A program made the position numbers and the translations under genes. This document shows positions 13,314-27,684 of a DNA stretch of 64,000 bases, in pieces. Source of the stretch: Octopus vulgaris (lineage: Eukaryota); contig OX597826.1 in NCBI GenBank assembly GCA_951406725.2, positions 55,862,001-55,926,000 on the forward strand. The letters run 5' to 3'. Below the pieces are notes generated by a model that was not told the origin of the DNA, searched no databases, and was given only the letters and a program-made list of their open reading frames with translations. Position 1 is the first letter of the stretch. The number at the start of each line of letters is the position of its first letter.

Positions 13314-13600
13314 TCACCTTTTCTTATGACCAGATAGTTCAGAATATGGAGTATTATATAAGATTTTATCATTCAAGACGCTATCCTGTAAAGCCTCATT
13401 ATGATTTTGGGATGCCTTTTCGAATATTTCTCTAAATGAAAAAAGACATGTAATTCTACTGCTAATGTTTGGAATTAAGTTCCTACATACAAAAGGTGGG
13501 TGATAAGATTGCTTATTAATGCACTTTGGATTTTCGTTCGGCATATGGAAGTGTTTAGAGAAATTAGCTTTGAGTTCTATCTCTACTCTCAATAAATGTC
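13314..13600 (-). pseudogene. Penelope-like element reverse-transcriptase thumb/linker relic
   Basis: ORF segment HMPNENPKCINKQSYHPPFVCRNLIPNISSRITCLFSFREIFEKASQNHNEALQDS resembles the PLE motif KPN..P.YI...SNHPP....N....I..RIS.LSS..EIF..A...YN.AL..SG (recalled). Confidence 0.7.
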
Positions 13601-14304
13601 TTAGTAAAAGCAACGACCTTGTCACTTCTTTCAATAGACAAAACGGAAACAGTTATTGAAGAAAATATCTACTTGACTACACTCAAACTGCTAAGAACTG
13701 TAGTGAAATCTCCTCAAATCCCATTCTACGGTTTTTAAACATAGATACATCAGATAATATAGTCAGGGATGCTACTATTCCCATAAAATGAAACTGACGG
13801 GATGGTCACGGTTTGAATTTCGTTGATCATGGTCTGTTCCTGCTGATTAACATTAATGTAAATAACAGCAAACCAATAACGAAAATTCCTACCCCTATTT
13901 GAACTCATGATTCATGAGTTGTTAGTTTGAATTCTTACCCATTTGGTAGAACCCATACGGAACCTTGTATGTCCCAATGTCTTATATATTTGGTGGTACA
14001 TAGAATATAACAGGTATTTGTTGCTGTTTCTGTCGTGTACACTAGACAAACCTTGAATGACCTGATCTAGGCTCGAAGACACAAATGCATGCAACAGTGG
14101 CAATCGAGTCTATTTTTGAGCATTATGTATCTAGGACTACATTAACCATTATGTCCTCCACTTTTAATACTGAACGGCATTGTATGAGAGGATATTGGAC
14201 TTCTATCCCTAATAAAATGAGTGATCACTCAGGGATTACCCCCATTGACTCATATTTAGGATACCGAATAAATCTACAGCCAAAATAAAATATGTGTGTG
14301 TGTG

Positions 14305-14380
<76 letters not shown>

Positions 14381-14662
14381 TTACGTATGAATAAAAATCA
14401 CTTAGTTTATATATCTAGGGATTATGTTGACAAATATATTTCCAGTTACTTAAGAGGATTTGAAATGATGTGAGAGATATTTAGCTGACATTTGTACTTG
14501 GCTGAGTGACCACGTTGTGGTGCCTTCTCTGTCCGGTTCGCTTTTGCTGCTGTTGTTGTTAAGCCCTAGGTGAGTGTGATTGTTTAACAGACCTACTACA
14601 AAAAGACGTTCCATCCCTGAGACTAATTTGCCTGACGTATGTATGTATGTGTGTGCGTTTGT

Positions 14663-14704
<42 letters not shown>

Positions 14705-14914
14705 GGGTTTAGCAACAAGTTGCTTCACCACATACCGAAAATTTAGAAATAGCAGCCAAAGACAGCTAATTCCTTTTACTACAAATATGACGCCACAGAC
14801 AACAATATTTGTAACTCACATAGACAAAAAGAAGAAAAAATAACGAAATCAAACAATCTTCGATTAATTATGGACGCGTTACTCTATATCTGTAATAATA
14901 TATATTTGTGTGTG

Positions 14915-14953
<39 letters not shown>

Positions 14954-15021
14954 GGAGAAAGAATAGAGAGAGATACAGATATAGATAAATACATATGCAT
15001 ATCTATCAATTTAACTCTCTT

Positions 15022-15053
<32 letters not shown>

Positions 15054-15081
15054 CCTATATATATATATATATATATATATA

Positions 15082-16368
15082 CGAGGGGCGTTCAATAAGT
15101 AATGCCCCTGACCCACTTCCCATAGCAGTAGAGCAACGAAACTTGGCAGAGTTATTAGTCTTTTTCTACATAGGAACCACCCAGAGTTACGCATTTCTCC
15201 CATCGTTTAATGCGGCTCTGGAGACCGTTTTTGTAGAAGAACCCAGCTTGGTCCTCCAACCTCAACGTGACTTCAGAAATCAAGGCTGCATCATCTGGGA
15301 AACACTTTCCTTTCAAAAACAACTTCATGATTGGGAAGAGGTGAAAATCAGAGGGTGCAAGATTAGGAAAGTAGGGGGATGGGGAGGAGTTCATAGCCAT
15401 ACGCCTGTGCTTCTGATCTGGCGACAAGCGAGTTGTGGACCGGAGCGTTGTCCTGCAGGAGGAGGATGCCTTTGCTGATCTTGCCCCGCCTCTTGATTTT
15501 GATAACTTCTCTTAATTTCCTCAAAAGTGAAGCATAATAGGCTCCTGTAATTGTGGTACCCTTTGCCAGGAAATCTGTCATCACTACTCCGTCCTGGTCC
15601 CAGAAGACTGTGAGCATGACCTTGCCAGCGGAGGGCTGCACCCTTGCCTTCTTTGGAAGGGGTGAGTCACGGTGCGTCCACTGCATTGACTGGGCTTTGG
15701 TCTCTGGATCATCGTAATGGACCCAGGTTTCATCATGTGTAATCAGTCTTTTGAAAACTTTTGACTCATCTTCTTGGCACATCTCCAAATTCACTCTCAA
15801 GCACTCGACGCGTTCTTGCTTCTGGAAAGGCGTGAGCAACCTGGGAATCCATCTGGCAGACACCTTTTGCATATGCAAATGGTCATGAATGATAGTTTCC
15901 ACAGACCCGGTACTAATCTTGACCTCATGGGCTATTTGGCGAATAATTATGCGTCGATCTTCCAAAATGGCAGTCTCAACTTGACGGACAGATGCCTCAT
16001 CAATGGCAGATGGGGCGACCAGATCTGGGAGCTGTTTCCACAGAGTTCCGACCATTTTGAATTCACGATGCCAGCGTTTTACAAGGCATATGATGGGGCA
16101 TCATCACCATAAGTTACTTTCATTTCATCAAAAGTTTCCCGTGGTGTGCGTCCTTTCAAATACAAAAACCGGATCACTGCTCGACACTCAAATGGCTCCA
16201 TTTCACACTTGACTCGGTTCAAACACCTGTAAATCAGAAACCCCAATTAATTCAGAGCTGTAATTTGCCACTTACTCTATAGAGATATAAATGATTGCAC
16301 ATGCAAAATTTCAGCTAGATCAAACAACTGCAAGTGGGTCAGAGACATTACTTATTGAACGTCCCTCG
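15082..16368 (-). mobile_element. Near full-length mariner DNA transposon (1287 bp)
   Basis: 37-bp TIRs cgaggggcgttcaataagtaatgcccctgacccactt and reverse complement cgagggacgttcaataagtaatgtctctgacccactt (3 mismatches). TA on both flanks, inside a (TA)n tract. Confidence 0.97.
15155..16201 (-). pseudogene. Mariner DD34D transposase, frameshifted
   Basis: Starts MEPFECRAVIRFLYLKG at 16201. Motifs WIPRLLT, ITHDETW, LLQDNAPVH and YFPNLAPSDFHLF, with 34 residues between the 2nd and 3rd Asp. About 4 small frameshifts (~16085, 16054, 16013, 15380). Confidence 0.93.
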
Positions 16369-16394
16369 TATATATATATATATATATATATATC

Positions 16395-16572
16395 GCCATG
16401 ATAGATCGCTTGCCATTACACATTCTTTATTTTCTCTCCTTGTTTCTTTCTGTGCAAGAGTGTAGGCTCGAAACGTTAACGACCTTTTTCCCTTACCGGC
16501 CGTTATACTAATACATCTGTTTGTTGTCTACACCACTTGTCTTCGTCTTTTGTTTTCTTTTGTGAATTCTCC
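16395..16572 (+). mobile_element. Penelope-like terminal-repeat fragment in (TA)n
   Basis: Second copy at 17520-17710. Carries a decayed minimal hammerhead (aagagtgtaggctcgaaacgtt) and is flanked by (TA)n. Confidence 0.6.
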
Positions 16573-16577
16573 GTATA

Positions 16578-16623
<46 letters not shown>

Positions 16624-17394
16624 CCAGACGCTACAATGTACGGTATATTTTCTATTCAGTGGAGGCAGGGAATAAGTGTTACGAGAAGTTTCGACTGCTA
16701 TTTCTAGTAAATTGATCAACTGCCTAAAGGCCCGCTCCTTGGCTCGTACGCATTTTCTCGTTGCATCTTTTATCAAAGATTTGCCAAGCACAGCTCTATG
16801 GTAACAAGCTGAAGTAGAGTCTAGAATCTTATTAAATACATACTTCTCATTCACTTCATTTCTGTTTCGTGTCAGATGCTATTGATTCTCACTCCATCAA
16901 CGTATGTCTCCAGAAAATTGACGTTCTTGTTTTTTTATTTCTATTTTTTTTAGTTTTGTTCATCATTTTCTTCATTTCCACAGTCACCTTCAACAGCTAG
17001 AATTAGAACAAATAAATAAAACAATAAATAAATAATGTTGAGCATGATAATAATATTCGATAGTTTTGAGGTGTGATAGAGAGGAGAGAAGACATTTTTG
17101 TTCAATCTAACTCTTCAACGAAGGCCTTAATCTTCTTGCACCTCTGCGTCTTTTCTTCAATTTGTATGTATACGTACATACAAGTACAAACACGCGTCGC
17201 ATGTATCTTTTAATCTTTTATTTGTTTCAGTAATCAGACAGTGCCCATGCTGGGGCACAACGTAGGAGATTTTCTATTTTGTGGAATGATTCGACCCCAG
17301 TATTCAGTTATAATTTTAAGCCTCTTCCGGACTGCAAAATTACAGGGACATAAACACACAAACACTGGTGACAGACACAAAAACGTGCGCACAT

Positions 17395-17768
<374 letters not shown>

Positions 17769-17795
17769 ATATACAATTATTCATAATTGTAGTGT

Positions 17796-17886
17796 CCTAC
17801 GCTGATGAGAAAAGAAGTTGGGTAAGATATAATTATCTAATTCTTATGCTTTCCTAAAACTTAATTTCGAAACGTACGTCCGTAGG
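17796..17886 (+). ncRNA. Type I hammerhead ribozyme motif (canonical core)
   Basis: Stem I cctacg/cgtagg; CTGATGA 17802-17808; stem II closed by gaaa/tttc; GAAA 17869-17872; palindromic stem III acgtacgt; GTC cleavage triplet ending at 17880. Confidence 0.8.
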
Positions 17887-18702
17887 TGACTTAAAATTGT
17901 ATGATAGATTGCCGTCATTTCATTCTCTCTTACCTGTCTGTGTTTGCCTTTCAAGTGCTGTGTTTTTACTGAGATCTTCCTTTTAGTAGAAAGAATAGCT
18001 ATAACTCTTTGACTGCTATTTCTAAATTCGGTGTGTAGTGAGGCAATTCGTTGCTAAACCCTTAATTGCTTAGTATTACTTAAACTTTCCTCGAATGAGG
18101 CTTTTACATGCCGAAATCTACTTGGTGTAATTAATGATTATTCCAAATTAATTAATTTCACCCTATATTGTTACTGATATATATATATATATATATATAC
18201 ATATATATATACGGTATGTTTCTTTCAGTTTCCGTCTACCAAATCCACTGTCAAGGCTTTTGTCGGCCCGAGACTATAGAAGAGACACTTGCCATTGGTA
18301 ATACGCAGTGAGACTGAACAAAGCAAACTTTTTATCAAACAGAGACGCTTAAGCCTAAATTTCAATTTGGTGAAGTAGCGATTCGTTAGATTATCACCCC
18401 TCCTCATATGGAGCTGAATTTATTTTGTATGATATTTGCTATACCTGTATTTGTCTATGTCTATACACATACCCCAGCCACTGTTACTTATTTTGCGTAA
18501 TTTGTACAAATTAGCTAGGCTACAAAAGCTTTCTCCTTTTGTATATGCCCATGTCCCTTGGCTGCTGGAGATACTTTCAGACAATTATCTTGTTGATGGC
18601 ACCCTTTGCAGCAAAAACATGAGTGTCTTCCCTGCTTAAATCGAGGTGTTCTATCTATCTACTATCTATCTATCAACAATGTTATTATATTTATATATGT
18701 GT

Positions 18703-18751
<49 letters not shown>

Positions 18752-18828
18752 CATGTGTATATATATATTTTTACGTGACCGACCAGACCATCAGATGTTG
18801 CTACACATCGCTGGTCACAATGCGTTCA

Positions 18829-18890
<62 letters not shown>

Positions 18891-18904
18891 TTTGCCATAT
18901 GCTT

Positions 18905-19305
18905 GTATCAGTCATTTGACTGCGGCCATGCCTTTAGTTGAACAAATCGAACCCAGGACCCATTCTTTGTATGCCAAGTACTTATTCTATCGGTTTCTTT
19001 TGGCGAACCGCTAAGTTACCCACCAGCATCAGTTGTCAAGCAATAGTGGTTAGACAAACCCAAACACACACACTCACACATACACACACATATACATGTA
19101 TGTGTGTTTGTTTTTCCGTGTTTGTCGCCCACCACCATCGCTTGACAACCGATGCTGGTGTTTTTACGTACCCGTAACTTAGCGATCCGGCAAAAGGGAT
19201 CCCATAGAATAAGTACCAGGCTTACAAAGATTAAGTCCTGAAGTCGATTTCTTCGACTGAAAAGGCGAAATTCCAGCATGGCCGCAGTCAAATGACTGAA
19301 AAAAT
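18905..19305. mobile_element. Two family C SINE 3' halves in opposite orientation
   Basis: 18905-19075 minus and 19095-19305 plus, around a (CA)/(TG) tract. Confidence 0.75.
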
Positions 19306-19359
19306 AAAGAATATATATACATGCATATATATATATATATGTATATATATGTATGTATG

Positions 19360-19418
<59 letters not shown>

Positions 19419-19474
19419 TATATATATATATATATACATATATATATACATATATATATACATATATGTATACA

Positions 19475-19586
<112 letters not shown>

Positions 19587-19930
19587 AATTCCGAATTCAA
19601 GTGAATCAGCCCAGTCTCACTGAAATTATTTCTTTTTATCTTAAAAGTGAGGGAAGTATTTGATATTATGCTTGAGAAACAGAATGTGATTGTAACAGCT
19701 AGAACACGCCCTAGGCCGCTGGTCTAATGATTAGGGTTCATTCTGTCTGTCTGCCTGCCTTGATCGCTCTCTCTCTCTCTCTTTCTTTCTCTCTCTCACT
19801 CTCTCCCTTTCTCTTATACTTCATTTCGTACTGAGTTCTTCATTCTTTTCATCTGACACTTTTTATATCACATAGTCTCCTCCTCACTCTCAATCACTAT
19901 CACATTCATTCTCATTTCCTCTCCCTATTT

Positions 19931-19969
<39 letters not shown>

Positions 19970-21659
19970 TCATTCTCCCAATCCACTCAATCTCCTCTCA
20001 CTCACTCTAACAGTCTCATACTCTATCTTTCTCCCTCTCCTTCTCTCATTATCTTACCTCCACCTTTCTGCTGCTTTGTACCTCTCAGACAAAGAGCAAG
20101 AGCCCGAAATATTTAATCCCTTCACCTGTTCACGATAATTGATTACATCAAACTCCAGTAGAAACTTCTCTATAAGTATTCTATATACTAAAAAAGCCTA
20201 TCTTAAAACCAGCCCCATCAACAACATCCTGCTTCCACAATACCTAAACACCTACATCATCAACCAACAAATACAGGCAACAGAAAGGAATTCAGAAATA
20301 TATTTCGAATTAAAGAATGGTGAATGTACTGTAAGGCTAATAGTCACACACTTGGTCATAATTTCAGTCAGATTGCAAGCTGGGAGTTGACTGGGCCCAG
20401 ACGGTTATCAGGGAAACAACCAATATCGATCGGTCGTTTTAATCCGCTGACAGAATCGGAAACTTCGGTTAAGCATTTATTATTAATCTCTCTAAAATCC
20501 GAGCATTTGGTAATCTCCATAAAATCTCCACCATCCAACACCACCCTGGCATTCAGCGCCAACCCACCATCCAATACTGGCAGCACCGCGTTAACACCAG
20601 CACCGCCGACACCTCATCGCCGATAGCGCTTCACTAACACTATAGACTATGGCACCAACAGTCAATCGTCGACACTGCCACCATCACCACCACCACTAAC
20701 AACAATACCAATACCACAACCAACACCACCAAAACCAACACCACCAAAACCAACACCACCAAAACCACCACTACCACTACCACAACCAACACCACCAAAA
20801 CCACCACTACCACTACCACAACCAACACCACCAAAACCACCACTATCACCACCACCACTAGCAGTACAATCAACACCACCGCCATCGACAGCAGCATCGC
20901 TACCGTTACCAACCACCTCTTACCGCCAATACCATCCTGCAAACACCACTAACACCATCAGACACGTTACTATGACACCATCAAAAGAAATAAGACTACC
21001 GTTCTAAATACCAGTAATATCAACACCATAAACATCACCACCAACACCACCAACACCACCAACACCACCAACACCCCCTCAACCACCAACACCACCACCA
21101 CCACCAGCAATATAAACACATTGCCAGTACCAACTCTACTACCAAGAACGTAAGCATTATTATCACCAGCACCATTGCTACTATCAGGACCACCACCACC
21201 ACCACCACCACCACCAGCAACAACAACAACAAAAACAACAACGCCAACACCCCACCAGTACCAATACCATTAATAGCAACCCTACCGTTATCAACCACAT
21301 TATCAGCCACACAACCGGGGCACCACCACCACCACCGTTACCAACAATAACATTATGAACAACAGCAAGAACAAAAATTATAGTAAGAACTATTACCATC
21401 AACGATTTCGTATTTGAGAATCTGTCAGAAATCTTGCGAAGGATTTAAAAGTAACCACCATTCCATCTCCGCTACCATCACAACCACGATTTCGTTTCCA
21501 CTACAACTACAGCCATCATTCCGTCCCTGCTAATACCATTATACCATTCCTGTATCCGCTACTACTGCAAGTACTGAGTCGTATACTCTGCTGCTGTTAA
21601 CTGAACCAGCATTAAAGCCAACACCACAAGTAACGACACCTGTAGAAAAGATGTCACTA

Positions 21660-21975
21660 GCCCTCCGTCGCGGACAACGACGAGGATTCTAGTTGATCCG
21701 AGCAACGGAACAGCCTGCTCGTAAAATTAACGTGCGAGTGGCTGAGGGCTCCACAGACACGTGTACCCTTAACGTAGTTCTCTGGGAGATTCGGCGTGAC
21801 ACACAATGTGACATGGCTGGCTCTTTGAAATACGGGTACTACTCATTTTTGCCAGCTGAGTGGACTGGAGCAACGGGAAATGAAGTGTCTTGCTGAAGGA
21901 CTCAACGCGTCGCCGGGAATCGAACTCACGACCTAAGAATCGTGAGCCGAATACTCCCAACTACTAAGCCGCGAA
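21660..21975 (-). mobile_element. tRNA-derived SINE, family B
   Basis: Reverse complement: cgcggcttagtagttggg..gtgagttcgattcccggcg..agcaagacacttcatttcccgttgctccagtccactcagctgg..cctcgtcgttgtccgcgacggag. Confidence 0.85.
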
Positions 21976-22144
21976 CGTTTTACTAAAGACATCACTACAG
22001 CTAACGTCACGAACATTATTACTACGAAGACCACCACGACTATCTCCACCACCAGCACCAGCACCACCACCACCACCACTACCACTACCATCACCACCAG
22101 AACTACCACAACCACCTCTACGAGTCACTACAGCTACTACCTGG

Positions 22145-22462
22145 CACTCGGTCGGTTACGACGACGAGGGTTCCAGTTGATCCGATCAACGGAACAGCCC
22201 GCTCGTGAAATTAACGTGCGAGTGGCTGAAGGCTCCACAGACACGCGTAACCTTAACGTAGTGCTCAGGGAGATTCAGCATGTCACAGAATGTAACAAGG
22301 TTGGCCCTCTTGAATTACAGGTACAACTCGTTTTTACAAGGTGAGTAGAATGGAGCAACGTGAAATTAAGTGACTTACTCAATGACACAACGCGCCACAG
22401 GGAATCGAACCCAGGACGTTGCGATCGTGAGCCGAAAAACTTCATCAATAAGCTACGCGCCT
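22145..22462 (-). mobile_element. SINE family B
   Basis: Homologous to 21660-21975. A partial third copy lies at 23768-23952. Confidence 0.8.
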
Positions 22463-23320
22463 TTACCAGCCACTACCACAACCACCATTAGAAACCGCCA
22501 CAGCCACTGCCCAGGAGCATCACCATTGACAACGACAAGAGAAACTGCTACAACCTCTACGACCAAACAACTCCACCACCACCACCACGATCACCACAAC
22601 ACTAACCACCACCAAAAACAATAACCAGCACTACAATCACTACAACCCTCACCACAACGAAATACAACCGCCACCAACAAATATCATAATCACTATTGCG
22701 ACCGCCACTCCTAAACATCACCACCACCACTACAACCAGCACAACCCTCATCACCAGCAACTGTTACAACCAACCATCACTGCTACCATCACAACCACCA
22801 CCACTACTGCCACAAACTACTGCAAATATAAGTACAACTACTACAGCCAACCATCCCCACCACAGCCACTACAACCACCACCACAAGCACCACGACCACT
22901 ATAACCACCAGCACCACCTCACAACCACCCCTACCAACACATTGTACTACTACATCAACAACTAACCAACCAGCCACCATCACCACCACCAACACCACAA
23001 ACACTACTATCACCAGCACCACTTCATAACCAACATCACCACAAGCACCAACACCACCTCACAACCACCACCACCACATACTACAACAACATCAGCACAA
23101 CAACATCAGCAACTAACCACCACCAGCCACCATCACCACCACCACCACCACTACCACCACCACCACAACTACCACCACCACTTCATAACAAACACCAACA
23201 CAACCACCAGCACCACCTCACAACCACCACCACAATCTTCACCAACAGGCAAGATTAATTTGATTGTTTTTAAATCCTTCGTAAAATTTCTGACAGTTTC
23301 TTAAATAAATGTACTCTTGG

Positions 23321-23393
<73 letters not shown>

Positions 23394-24272
23394 TTATCGC
23401 ATTCACATTCGTCATCACCAACACTACATCTTTCGCAATCATCAGCTTTCTCCACCACGACCACCACCACTGTCAGCGTTATCATCACCACATCAAGAAA
23501 GGGAAGGTATTTTATGAAAAACCTGTAGATTAGAAGATAAATACTCGGAGTAATTAACACTCTCTCAATTATTTCCTCTAAACAGTGAGTACGTGCACGC
23601 CCGCGCAAGTTTGCAACCATTGCGAGCACGCACCACTGAATACACACGCACAATACACCTACATACACACACATGCACACACATACACACCACACATACA
23701 TACACACACGCACAAAATTAATGCGCGCGTCAAAGATTACTTACTACAAGTAATTAAGTAACTACAGGCTCTCCGTCGCTTGCGACGACGCGGGTTCCAG
23801 TTGATCCGATGAACAGAACATCCTGCTCGTGAAATTAAGATGCCAGTGGCTGAGTACTCCACAGGCACACTTATATGTGATGTAGTTCTCAGGGAGATTC
23901 AGTGGGACACAGATTTTTGACAGGGCTGGCTCCTTTGAAATATGGGTACTACCCGTCGCTGTCTTTTTGCCGAACCACTAAGTTACCGGAATGTAAACAA
24001 ACCAACACCGGTTGTCAAGTGGAGGAGATGACGAACACACACACACACGCGCACGCGCGCGCAGACACACACATAGGCATAGGAAGCGACATGCAAACAC
24101 AAACAACGTACGCATTTCCAATGCAAGCAATGTGCAGCTGCATTTCCAATGTAACAAATGTACATATTTCCTTTTTGGATTTGGTCTGCAACATTCTTTA
24201 TATGAGTTCGTATGTTGAAGCATATTCTGTTGTGTCTGGGTAGAGTCATTTTCTTTTTGTGCCTTAAAATTT

Positions 24273-24674
24273 CACGCAGGAGTGGCTGTGTGGTAAGTAG
24301 CTTGCTTACTCACCACATGGTTCCGGGTTCAGTCCCACTGCGTGGCACCTTGGGCAAGTGTCTTCTACTATAGCCTCGGGCCGACCAAAGCCTTGTGAGT
24401 GGATTTGGTAGACGGAAACTGAAAGAATCCCGTCGTATATATGTATATATATGCGTGTGTGTGTTTGTGTGTCTATATTGGTCCCCCTAGCATTGCTTGA
24501 CAACCGATGCTGGTGTGTTTATGTTCCCGTTACTTAGCGGTTCAGCAAAAGAGACCGATAGAATAAGTACTGGGCTTACAAAAGAACAAGTCCTGGGGTC
24601 GAGTTACTCGATCAAAGGCGGTGCTCCAGCATGGCCGCAGTCAAATGACTGAAACAAGTAAAAGAGTAAAAGAG

Positions 24675-24675
<1 letters not shown>
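24273..24675 (+). mobile_element. SINE family C (well-preserved full copy)
   Basis: cgcaggagtggctgtgtggtaagtagc, gggttcagtccc, CORE-like accttgggcaagt, internal microsatellite, tail (aaaagagt)n. Confidence 0.9.
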
Positions 24676-24720
<45 letters not shown>

Positions 24721-24742
24721 CTGTATACATGGACATGGACAT

Positions 24743-24838
<96 letters not shown>

Positions 24839-25364
24839 CACATAAATATACTAGCCAGACGGTTTAGGCATATTCAAGATATGTAAGAAGAAATCAGTTT
24901 ACAGGTTACGCAACCAAAACTCATTTTGTAGAGCCAATAGAATTGTGTTATGTAACCAATGCTCACGCTGTGCAATCGATGCACATATGTGTGTAGATTT
25001 AATTGAAAACAAGGCTGTGCAGTCGATATACACGAGTCGTGCAACCGGTGCACGTTTGTCGTGTAGCTGTTGCATATGAGCTTTGCATTCGCTGCACATA
25101 TCTATTGCCAGCAGCAACACATGGAGAAAATTAAAGTATGTACTAATGAAAATGTACCAAACTAGAATTGAGCTGATGTTCCTGTTATTGTTGCTGTTGT
25201 CGAGAACGGCTGTGGTCAAGCAGATGTAGGATGTTAGTCATTCCCGTTGAGGCGTGCCTGTTTTTTTTTCTAATAAAGGTGTATAATGAAAGTGTGTGGC
25301 GTAGTGGCTAGCATGTTACACTTGCGATCGTAAGGTTATGGTTTCCATTACCAGACAGGATTTG

Positions 25365-25671
25365 CCGTCCTTTCGTTTTAGGATTTGTTTTGCAAGATTC
25401 TTTATATGAGTTCGTGTGTTGAAGCGTATTCTGTTGTGACTCTGGGGAGAGTCATTTTCTTTTTGTACCTTATAATGTAACACACTCACCGGTAAAATTT
25501 CCACTTATTTCTTATTTTTATTTTGCTAAAATAGTCTAGACTCTCACTATTTAAAAGTTTGCAAGACGCAACGAAACTTTTAGGAAAATAAAAATAAGAA
25601 ATAAGTAGAAATTTTACTAATGAGTATGTTAAATTATAAGGCACAAAAAGAAAATGACTCTCCCTAGACAC
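25365..25671. mobile_element. Two copies of a repeat in inverted arrangement (~90-bp arms); related copy at ~24100-24272
   Basis: 25441-25530 is the reverse complement of ~25580-25671 (gagagtcattttctttttgt.ccttataat...ttatttttatttt). Confidence 0.7.
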
Positions 25672-25699
25672 TTTCCGTTATATATATATATATATATAT

Positions 25700-25860
25700 T
25701 CTTTTACTTGCTTCAGTTATCGTAAACCTAGTACTTATTCTATCAATCTCTTTGGCCGAACCGCTAGGTCACGGGATGTACACACACCACCATCGGTTGT
25801 GAAGTGATGGTGAATGGCAAACACAGGCACAAAGACACGCCCATAATAATACATACATAC

Positions 25861-25919
<59 letters not shown>

Positions 25920-26078
25920 CGACGTACTTCTTTCAGTTTCCGTCTACCAAATCCATTAACAACGTTTTGGTCGGACCTACGCTGTAGTGGAAGTCACTTG
26001 CCCAATATGTCACGCAGTGGGACTGAACTGGGAACCATTTGGTTGGGAAACAAGCTTCTTACCTCACAACCACGCCTG
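25700..26078 (-). mobile_element. SINE family C (diverged)
   Basis: tttcagtttccgtctaccaaatcc..cacttgcccaa..cacgcagtgggactgaac..accacgcc. Confidence 0.8.
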
Positions 26079-26619
26079 ATATAAGTGACTTTTCCTTGGC
26101 TGACACAGTTGAGTACAATATTAGCGAGAGGGTACTGTTGTTTCTAACAGATCTATCGACATGCTAAAAACGACAGCCTAACCATAGAGGTAGTTGTTGA
26201 TATACTTAAGTTTAACATCATAGTGTGTGCGTTTCTCACGTGTATGGCAGAGAGTTAAAGCAGAGAAAGATAAGGTGAGACAAAGATTAGAGAATGAAAA
26301 GTAGAGATGAGAGACGAGAGAGAGGGAGAGAGGTGTAAAAAGGAGAGGTGTGCGGCAAAATGAGAAAATAGGCAGAGAAGGCGGAGGTAGATAGAGAGAG
26401 GAGAGAGACCAGTAATATCAGTGACATGGAGAAGAGTGGTGGTCAAGTGATGCAAATTTCAAAGAGAAAGACTGTGGTGAAGAAGAGAGAAAAAGTAGAG
26501 ATGAGAATGAGATGGTTGTTAGTGAAAGGTGAGAGGGAAGAGAGAGTGATGATCAGCAAGGTAAAGGTATATTTTATGGATGCATAGATAAACAGATAGC
26601 CAGTCAGAAAGACAGGTAA

Positions 26620-26744
<125 letters not shown>

Positions 26745-27142
26745 AGGATGGATGGATGGATAGATAGACAGAGAGACAGACTGAAAGACAAACAGATTGA
26801 TGAATGGAAGAGTGAAAAATATATGAGATTAGATTGATACTTACCTACTTGCCTACCTACCTACCTACATATGTACATACATACATATATACATACGTAC
26901 ATATATATACATACATACATACGTGTCTACCTACCTACCTTCCAACCTGTTACCTACCTACCTGGATAATTCCAACATAGACATATTGATGTATAGATAA
27001 AAATGTTAGGCGGGTAAGTGGATGAAGAGGCAGATAGGTCAATATCTGAAGTGCCTTTGTGTATTTGTGTGTGTGTGTGTGTGTGTGTTTGTGTACGTGT
27101 GTGTGAGCGTGTACTTTCATGCAGCTGGTTCTTATATACGCA

Positions 27143-27208
<66 letters not shown>

Positions 27209-27307
27209 ATGTATGTATGTATGTATGTGTATGTATATATATATATGTGTGTGTGTGTATGTGTGTGTGTACATATATATATGTACGTATCTATATATGT
27301 ATGTACG

Positions 27308-27354
<47 letters not shown>

Positions 27355-27422
27355 ATGCTAGCGTATACATCAAAAGAGAGATAGAGGGGCGGGAAGAGAA
27401 TAAATAAATAGCTAAATTGATT

Positions 27423-27479
<57 letters not shown>

Positions 27480-27646
27480 GGAGAAAGAGAGATAGATAGA
27501 GAGAGAGAGAGATCTACAAAGCTATCTGTTCTAGACACAGGAAAAGCATAAGACAGACACAAAGAAAAGCGAAGAAACAAAGAGATGAAAAGAATGATAG
27601 TAACTTGATAGGGAGAGAAAGCGAGAAAGAGAGGGAAAGTGAGAGA

Positions 27647-27684
<38 letters not shown>

